Source: Nitrospirota bacterium (lineage in GTDB: Bacteria; Nitrospirota; UBA9217). Taken from it: a stretch of 12,665 nt of DNA. Position numbers and translations under genes: made by a program. The stretch spans positions 1-12,665 of the forward strand of contig JAOUEV010000079.1 in assembly GCA_029858565.1 (NCBI GenBank), given 5' to 3'. A model generated the notes under the pieces. The model worked only from the letters and a program-made list of their open reading frames with translations. It was not told the DNA's origin and ran no database searches. Positions 6,759 to 12,665 of this stretch are shown in pieces. Position 1 is the first letter of the stretch; each line of letters begins with the position of its first letter.

Positions 6759-8003
6759 ATGCTTCCCTTCCGCGCGGGTCTTTCCGTTCTGGCGGCACTG
6801 ATCGTTCTGCAGGCCTGTTCCCACGGCAAACCGCCGGTGGACGAGGACCGGCTGGAGCGCATGACCGCGACCGTAAGCCTTCTTGCCGGTCCGTCATTCC
6901 ATGGCCGCGGTGTCGGCACGCCGGAACTGGACAAGGCCGGGCAGTATATTGCCGACCGGTTCGAATCCGCAGGGCTCATGCCGGGCGGCTCCCGGGGATG
7001 GTTCCAGGAATGGACCGATCCTGACCTGAAGGTGCGGATGCGGAACGTGGTCGGCATCCTGCCGGGCAGGAACCAGGAACTTGCCGGCCAGAGCGTTGTC
7101 ATCGGGGCGCACTACGACCATCTGGGCGCCGGCGGTCCCGGGGCGTACAAGGAGAATCAGGGCAGGGTCCATCCCGGGGCTGACGACAACGGGAGCGGCG
7201 TCGCGGCGCTGCTGGAACTGGTGCATGTCATGACGCTGGACCCGACGCCTGAGCGGAGCATCATCTTCGTGGCATTCACGGGCGAGGAAGCGGGCAGAAA
7301 GGGATCGCGCTACTTCGTCGCGAACATGGCGGGGCATCCTCCATCGAAATGCGTCGGCATGATCAACCTCGACACGGTCGGACGTCTGGGAAAGGGCAGG
7401 CTGATCGTGCTGGGCGAAGGCTCGGCGCGGGAATGGCCGCAGATCTTCCAGGAAGCCGGCAAAGCGGCGCAGATCGGGGTCGTGGGGAACAGCGCGGCCC
7501 TTGATGCAAGCGACCAGGTGAGCTTTCATGAGGCCGGAGTGCCGGCGGTGCAGCTCTTTTCCGGCCCCCATCCGGATTACCACCGTCCTTCGGACACAGC
7601 GGAGAAGATCGATTATACCGGCCTTTCCGCGATCACGACCGTCGCGAGGATCGCCGGTCATTATCTGGCGAACCTGCAGGGCCGTCTCTCTGCCACGATC
7701 GCGCTCCCTGCTTCGATTGCCGCTGCCAAGACCGGGGACCGCAAGACCACGCTCGGCATTGTGCCGGACTTCACCTATCAGGAGCGCGGCGTCCGTCTCG
7801 GCGGCGTGAGTCCCGGAGGGCCGGCGGAAGCAGCGGGCATGCGCCAGGGAGATATCATCACCCAGGTCAACAGCAGGCCGGTCGCCGGGCTGAAGGACAT
7901 TGCCGATGAACTGCGGTCCCGGAATCCTGGGGACCAGGTTCGGGTGTTCTTCCTGCGGCAGGGAAAAGAAATGAAGGCTGATGCCGTGCTGAAGGAAAAG
8001 TAA
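6759..8003 (+). CDS. M28-family Zn aminopeptidase with C-terminal PDZ domain, probable lipoprotein
   Basis: Lipobox LQAC. Zn-ligand motifs GAHYDH, GADDNGSG, FTGEEAG, MINLDTVG, SDQ..F, DYHRPSD. PDZ: LGIVPDF...GPAEAAGMRQGDIITQVN. SD GGAGG. Confidence 0.93.
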   Translation: MLPFRAGLSVLAALIVLQACSHGKPPVDEDRLERMTATVSLLAGPSFHGRGVGTPELDKAGQYIADRFESAGLMPGGSRGWFQEWTDPDLKVRMRNVVGILPGRNQELAGQSVVIGAHYDHLGAGGPGAYKENQGRVHPGADDNGSGVAALLELVHVMTLDPTPERSIIFVAFTGEEAGRKGSRYFVANMAGHPPSKCVGMINLDTVGRLGKGRLIVLGEGSAREWPQIFQEAGKAAQIGVVGNSAALDASDQVSFHEAGVPAVQLFSGPHPDYHRPSDTAEKIDYTGLSAITTVARIAGHYLANLQGRLSATIALPASIAAAKTGDRKTTLGIVPDFTYQERGVRLGGVSPGGPAEAAGMRQGDIITQVNSRPVAGLKDIADELRSRNPGDQVRVFFLRQGKEMKADAVLKEK

Positions 8004-8026
8004 ATCGTAGTTTTTCCGAGGGTAAC

Positions 8027-8716
8027 GTGGAACTGAAAAGCCTTGACCTGCATGAACTGAACCTTCTGAACCAGAAGCGCTATGCCTGGACCGCCTGGTT
8101 CTACGACATCCTGGACTGGCCCTGGGAGCGGCAGTACCGCACCTGGCGGCCGGGCCTGCTGGCCGATGTTTCCGGCGAGGTGCTTGAGGCGGGCGTTGGC
8201 ACCGGGCGCAACCTTCCGCACTACCCCGAGCACGCGCACGTGACTGCCGTGGACTTCAGTCCGGCCATGCTGAAGCGGGCATCGAAACAATGCCGCAATG
8301 CCGTCTGCTCGGTCAGGTTCGTGCATGAGGACGCCTGCAGGATGGAGTCCGTTCCGGCGGCGTCCTGCGACTGGGTGGTGGCATTCTTTCTCTGCTGTGT
8401 TCTGCCCGAGGAGCTGCAGGACCGGGCCATTGCCGAGTTCGCCCGGGTCCTGAAACCCGGAGGCAGGTTCCGGCTGCTCGAGATGCGCTACTCTGACGAC
8501 CCGAAACTGCGCAAGCGGCAGGACCTGTTCGCGCCTTTCGTGCGGAAGGTCTACGGCGCCGGGTTCGACCGGAACACGCTGAAGCATCTGCGGAGCAATC
8601 CGGACCTGGAGATCACGGGAACGCGGTTCGTGAAGCACGACACCTATCTGCTCATTGAGGGAAAAAGGAGCCACCCGGGAACGCCGGGGTATTCTGAAAA
8701 AAAGCGGCCTTTATAA
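8027..8716 (+). CDS. Class I SAM-dependent methyltransferase (Methyltransf_11, UbiE/PmtA-like)
   Basis: Motif I VLEAGVGTGRNL, VTAVDFSPAML, EDA, EFARVLKPGGRFRLLE. GTG start with GAGGG upstream, 23 nt after the peptidase stop. Substrate cannot be assigned. Confidence 0.9.
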   Translation: MELKSLDLHELNLLNQKRYAWTAWFYDILDWPWERQYRTWRPGLLADVSGEVLEAGVGTGRNLPHYPEHAHVTAVDFSPAMLKRASKQCRNAVCSVRFVHEDACRMESVPAASCDWVVAFFLCCVLPEELQDRAIAEFARVLKPGGRFRLLEMRYSDDPKLRKRQDLFAPFVRKVYGAGFDRNTLKHLRSNPDLEITGTRFVKHDTYLLIEGKRSHPGTPGYSEKKRPL

Positions 8717-8738
8717 ATTTGATCGCCCATGGTAGTAT
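8710..8738 (+). promoter_or_regulatory. Putative sigma-70 promoter for the NtrC-family regulator/sensor pair
   Basis: TTTATA (8710-15), 17 bp, TAGTAT (8733-38) with extended -10 TG at 8730-31, in a locally AT-rich stretch. Confidence 0.4.
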
Positions 8739-8740
8739 GA

Positions 8741-8774
8741 AGCAACTTGTTGCTGAAGAGTGCATTGTGCAATG
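8741..8774. promoter_or_regulatory. Two short palindromes, candidate operator sites
   Basis: AGCAAC-tt-GTTGCT (8741-8754) and CATTG-tg-CAATG (8763-8774). Confidence 0.35.
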
Positions 8775-8813
8775 AGATCCGAATAGCCGTTCACCGCTTG
8801 CCAAGAAGGATCC

Positions 8814-10142
8814 ATGGAAAAGTTGCCAGTCAGGATGTTGATCGCCGATGATGAGAAGAACATCCGGGAGTTGCTGCGAAACGAGCTCTCAACGATGGTT
8901 TCGTCGGTCCAGGAGGTGGAGAGCGGTGTACGCGCCCTGGAAGAGCTCGAAAAAAGCGAGTATGATATTCTTCTGCTCGACCTTACCATGCCCGAGATGG
9001 ACGGCATTACGGTCCTCAAGAAACTGAAAGCTCTCGATATTCCCGCCGAGATCATCATTCTCACCGCCAACGCCACCGTGCAGACTGCTGTCGAGGCCAT
9101 GAAGCTCGGCGCCTGCGATTACCTTATGAAGCCCTTCAGGATCGCGGAGTTGCTCCCGGTCGTTGAAAAGGCATACGAGAAAAAGAAGCTCCGCTCCGAG
9201 AACCTTCTGCTCAAGACCCAGGTTAAGAAACAATCGGAGATCCGCAGTCTGATCGCGGAAAGCCCGATGATGCGGGAGGTGATCGGGCGGTCGAAAAAGA
9301 TCGCGCATTCGGATTTTCCCGTGCTGATCACCGGGGAGAGCGGGACGGGCAAGGAACTGATAGCGCGATTCATCCACAACGAATCCCCCCGCGCCGACCG
9401 GTCCTACGTTGTCATCAATTGCGGCGCCCTGCCTGATAATATGATCGAGAGCGAGCTGTTCGGCTATGAAAAGGGCGCGTTCACCGGCGCGCAGGCGAGA
9501 AAGCCGGGTCTGCTCGAGATCGCCAACGAGGGAACGCTCTTCCTTGACGAGATCGGGGACATGCCGCTGCCGCTCCAGGTAAAGCTGCTGCGGGTCATCG
9601 AGACCGGAACATTCTACCGGCTCGGGGGCACCCGGGAGCAGCAGGTCAACGTACGGATCATTTCCGCGACCAATAAGAACCTGAAGGCCGGGATCGAGAA
9701 AGGCGTATTTCGGGAGGACCTCTATTACCGGGTATCCGCCCTTGCCGTTCATGTCCCTCCGCTGCGGGAGCGGAGGGAAGACATTGTCCCTCTTGTCGAA
9801 CACTGCAGGCGCGGCAATCCCGCGTTCAAACAAAAGCAGTTCAGCAGCGATGCGCTGAAAATATTGTCCGACCACGCCTGGCCGGGGAATGTCCGACAGC
9901 TTCAGAACATGGTCCATCACGCCCTTCTGCTGAGTACGAACGATCTGGTAGAGCCTCCGGACCTGTCTTGTGATCTGGAGGGCCGGCCGGCAAGAACCGC
10001 TACCCGGCTCGACGAGCTGGAACGGGAGCACGTCCTGCGGATGCTGAGGCAGGCAGGGGGCGACCGGAACAAGGCGGCCGCGGCGCTGGGGATCCACACG
10101 AGGACCCTGGCCCGGAGGCTCGAGGAGTACGGGGTTGAGTGA
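8814..10142 (+). CDS. Sigma-54-dependent response regulator, NtrC/AtoC family (REC-AAA+-Fis HTH)
   Basis: Receiver LIADDE...LLDLTMP...YLMKPF. Walker A ITGESGTGKE, ESELFGYEKGAFTGA, Walker B LFLDEIGD, FREDLYYR, WPGNVRQL, HTH GGDRNKAAAALGIHTRTLARRL. SD AAGGA. Confidence 0.96.
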   Translation: MEKLPVRMLIADDEKNIRELLRNELSTMVSSVQEVESGVRALEELEKSEYDILLLDLTMPEMDGITVLKKLKALDIPAEIIILTANATVQTAVEAMKLGACDYLMKPFRIAELLPVVEKAYEKKKLRSENLLLKTQVKKQSEIRSLIAESPMMREVIGRSKKIAHSDFPVLITGESGTGKELIARFIHNESPRADRSYVVINCGALPDNMIESELFGYEKGAFTGAQARKPGLLEIANEGTLFLDEIGDMPLPLQVKLLRVIETGTFYRLGGTREQQVNVRIISATNKNLKAGIEKGVFREDLYYRVSALAVHVPPLRERREDIVPLVEHCRRGNPAFKQKQFSSDALKILSDHAWPGNVRQLQNMVHHALLLSTNDLVEPPDLSCDLEGRPARTATRLDELEREHVLRMLRQAGGDRNKAAAALGIHTRTLARRLEEYGVE

Positions 10143-10154
10143 TGACATACTCTC

Positions 10155-12665
10155 ATGCCTGATATGAATATTCAGGGGATCTTTCGAAAGTTCACGCTGA
10201 ACATGGCAGGCGTTCTTAATCGCCGGTCTTTTGCCATTAAGGCACTCTCCGTTATTGTACCGGTCATCGCTCCCCTTGTGTTTTGTTCTCCGGCGTTTTG
10301 TCTTCAAAAAACCGCTAAAATCGGCGTTCTTGCATACCGTGGCGCCGCGGAAGCGCTGCAGATGTGGTCTCCAACCGCTGCGTACCTGAGCGCACACGTC
10401 CCGAATTACCATTTTTCGGTCATTCCCCTGACTTTTCGCGAGATCGGCCCGGCTGTCCGCAACGGCGAAGTCGACTTCGTGGTTGCGAACACCTCCATCT
10501 ATGTGGAGCTTGAAACACAATATGGCATCAGCAGGATCGCAACGATCAAGAACAAGAGCCGGCTCGGCGGTTTCACGGTATTCGGCGGTGTGATATTCTG
10601 CCGGACTGATCGGCGCGATATCCGCGAGATCGGGGACCTGAAGGGCAGGTCGTTCATGGCTGTTGACGAAACCTCTCTGGGGGGGTGGCAGGCCGCATGG
10701 AAAGAACTGAAAGGCCATGGGATAGAACCGCATCGTGATTTCAAGGGTCTGCGGTTCGGAGACACGCATGATGCGGTTGTGCATGCAGTGCTGAACGGCA
10801 AGGTTGACGCGGGAACGGTGCGCACTGATACGCTCGAGCACATGGCGGCGGATGGGAAAATAGATCTTCAGGCCTTCCGCATAATCAATGAGCAGCGCGT
10901 CGAGGGCTTCCCGTACGCGCTCAGCACCCGTCTATATCCTGAATGGCCCTTTGCCAAGCTGCGCCACGCTGATAATGAGCTTGCCCAGAAGGTCGTTATT
11001 GCGCTGCTCCGGCTCGCTCCGGACAGCCGGGCGGCAAAGGCGGCGAAGATCATGGGCTGGACCGTGCCGCTCGATTACGAGCCGGTCCATGAGCTTCTGA
11101 AGGGGCTCCGCATGGGCCCCTACAAAGACTATGGGAAGATCACCTTGTCCGCGGCGATCAGGCATCATTGGCACTGGGCCGCACTCGCTTTGCTGACAGT
11201 GCTGTTGATGGCGGCAGCCACGTCATATGTGTTCGCACTCAACCGAAGATTGGCGCTCTCGCAGGGGCGGCTGGAGGAGGCGAAAAACAGTCTTGAGCGC
11301 GAGGTGCGGGACAGGACGGCAAAACTTTCGGAAAGCGAGGAGCGCTACCGGCTGATCGTGGATACGTCGCTTGAAGGAATTATTACGATCGATCCCAGGG
11401 GAGAAATCGTCCTCTCGAATAATCGGATGGCGGAGATGCTCGGACGGACCCGGGAGGAGCTCCTGGGGGGGTTGCTCGTGTCGTTCGTGCATGAGGACGA
11501 GGCACTGGACCACGAGAAACAGCATAACCTGTGGTTGCAGGGGAAGACCTCGTATTATGAACGCCGGTTCCGCAAGAAAGACGGCACGGTGACCTGGACA
11601 AGCGCCACGGCAACGCCGCTATTCAATCAGGACGGAACTTTGCGCGGCGCGTCCGGCCTGTTCACCGATATCACCGAGCGCAAAAAAGCGGAGAAGGACC
11701 TGCAGCGAGAGCGAGACCGGGCGGAACGGTATCTTGATATTGCGGGGGTAATGTTCGCTACGCTGAACACCGAAGGGGAAATATGCCTGGTCAACAAAAA
11801 AGGATGCAGTATTTTGGGATATGACGATGAGTCTGAACTGCTTGGCCGCGACTGGTTCGAGGTATGCCTGCCCGGCACTGTCAAGGATTCGGTGAAGGGA
11901 GTGTTTGATCAGCTTATGGCAGGCGATGTTGAGCCGGTCGAATATTACGAGAACCCGGTGGTTACGAAAGCGGGCGACGAGCGGATAATCGCATTCCACA
12001 ATACAGTCTTGTATGATCCGTTGTCAAAGCGGCCCTCCGGCATCTTGTTCTCAGGCGAGGACATTACCGACCGCTACAAAATGGACCGGGCGCTTCGTGA
12101 AACGAACGAAATGCTTGAGACTCTGGTGCGGGCATCGCCGCTGGCGATTGTCGTTTTTGACGGGGACGGGAATGTGGCGCTCTGGAATCCGGCTGCAGAG
12201 CGGATTTTCGGCTGGAACGCGCAGGAAGTACTGGGCCGCTTTAATCCGATCGTGGGGGAAGAAAAAAAACAGGAGTTCCTGGCCCTCCTGGACCGGGTGA
12301 TGCACGGCGAATCGCTGTCCAGCGTGAGCCTGCGGCGGAGCAAAAAGGATGGCTCGGTCATAGATGTCAGCGTATCGTCTGCACCCATGCGCAATGCGGC
12401 CCATGAGCCTGTGGGCATTATTTCGGTGATCGCCGACATCACCGCGAGGAAACAGGCTGAAGCGGAGCGGGAAAATCTTATCGCCGATATCCGGAGCGCT
12501 CTCGATGCCGTGAACCGCTCGAAAAAAGAGTGGCAGGAGACCTTCGACAGCATCACGGACATGATATCCATCCACGACAGGGACTATAACGTCATCAAGG
12601 CGAATAAGGCGTTCTCGGCGAACCTGGGGAAAACCCCTCAGGAGGTCATCAACAGGAAATGTTAT
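10155..12665 (+). CDS. Membrane sensor, probably a histidine kinase (3'-truncated): PhnD/phosphonate-binding-type periplasmic domain (TtrS/ThsS-like), TM helix, at least 4 PAS domains
   Basis: Hand-translated open frame from ATG 10155 (alternatives 10164, 10203) to the window end with no stop. Hydrophobic N-terminus, KIGVLAYRG..W.PTAAYLS, VDFVVAN..YVELE, SLGGWQ, VDAGTVRTDTLE, STRLYPEWPFA, GWTVPLDY, TM WAALALLTVLLMAAATSYVFAL (about 11175-11240), then PAS domains ending DITER, DITDR and DITAR and the start of a fourth. The kinase core is not in the window. Confidence 0.9.
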   Translation, partial: MPDMNIQGIFRKFTLNMAGVLNRRSFAIKALSVIVPVIAPLVFCSPAFCLQKTAKIGVLAYRGAAEALQMWSPTAAYLSAHVPNYHFSVIPLTFREIGPAVRNGEVDFVVANTSIYVELETQYGISRIATIKNKSRLGGFTVFGGVIFCRTDRRDIREIGDLKGRSFMAVDETSLGGWQAAWKELKGHGIEPHRDFKGLRFGDTHDAVVHAVLNGKVDAGTVRTDTLEHMAADGKIDLQAFRIINEQRVEGFPYALSTRLYPEWPFAKLRHADNELAQKVVIALLRLAPDSRAAKAAKIMGWTVPLDYEPVHELLKGLRMGPYKDYGKITLSAAIRHHWHWAALALLTVLLMAAATSYVFALNRRLALSQGRLEEAKNSLEREVRDRTAKLSESEERYRLIVDTSLEGIITIDPRGEIVLSNNRMAEMLGRTREELLGGLLVSFVHEDEALDHEKQHNLWLQGKTSYYERRFRKKDGTVTWTSATATPLFNQDGTLRGASGLFTDITERKKAEKDLQRERDRAERYLDIAGVMFATLNTEGEICLVNKKGCSILGYDDESELLGRDWFEVCLPGTVKDSVKGVFDQLMAGDVEPVEYYENPVVTKAGDERIIAFHNTVLYDPLSKRPSGILFSGEDITDRYKMDRALRETNEMLETLVRASPLAIVVFDGDGNVALWNPAAERIFGWNAQEVLGRFNPIVGEEKKQEFLALLDRVMHGESLSSVSLRRSKKDGSVIDVSVSSAPMRNAAHEPVGIISVIADITARKQAEAERENLIADIRSALDAVNRSKKEWQETFDSITDMISIHDRDYNVIKANKAFSANLGKTPQEVINRKCY

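Noticed and set aside
8716-8732. FNR/CRP box at TTGAT (8719-8723)
   Set aside because: Only one half-site; the matching ATCAA is absent (CATGG instead).
10142-10162. ATG overlapping the regulator stop (TGATG) as the sensor start
   Set aside because: That frame closes after six codons (MTYSHA-stop); the sensor is in a different frame.
6894-10841. Antisense ORFs 6894-7661, 7778-8674 and 8889-10841 (650 aa)
   Set aside because: They overlap the peptidase, methyltransferase, NtrC-family and sensor genes on the opposite strand and have no domain signatures; typical high-GC shadow ORFs.
5440-12665. A unified selenium/sulfur detoxification island (methyltransferases plus TtrS-like sensor plus Sec kinase)
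   Set aside because: No sel genes, reductases or substrate-specific motifs are in the window, and the genes fall in separate predicted transcription units; co-location alone is insufficient.

Overview
GC-rich bacterial window; gene content and style suggest an anaerobe of the Desulfobacterota/Nitrospirota type, which is an inference only. It holds nine genes: a LolD/MacB-type ABC ATPase (-), a TolB-like PD40 lipoprotein, a multi-PAS hybrid histidine kinase, a spermidine-synthase-like methyltransferase, a RibD-C/DHFR-family protein (-), an M28 peptidase-PDZ lipoprotein, a class I methyltransferase, an NtrC-family sigma-54 regulator, and a TtrS-like solute-binding-domain/multi-PAS sensor that runs off the right edge and is missing from the ORF track. 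Main result: the ORFs at 2281-3558 and 3595-5400 are in the same frame and separated by a single TGA (3556-3558). That TGA sits where this PAS subfamily usually has Cys and is followed by a hairpin with bacterial SECIS geometry. The gene is therefore a candidate 1039-aa sensor kinase with selenocysteine (U426) in a PAS domain; a nonsense mutation or sequencing error is not excluded. Three intergenic 8-10-bp-period micro-repeat elements are also present: two fold-back hairpins and one that matches the G-quadruplex pattern.
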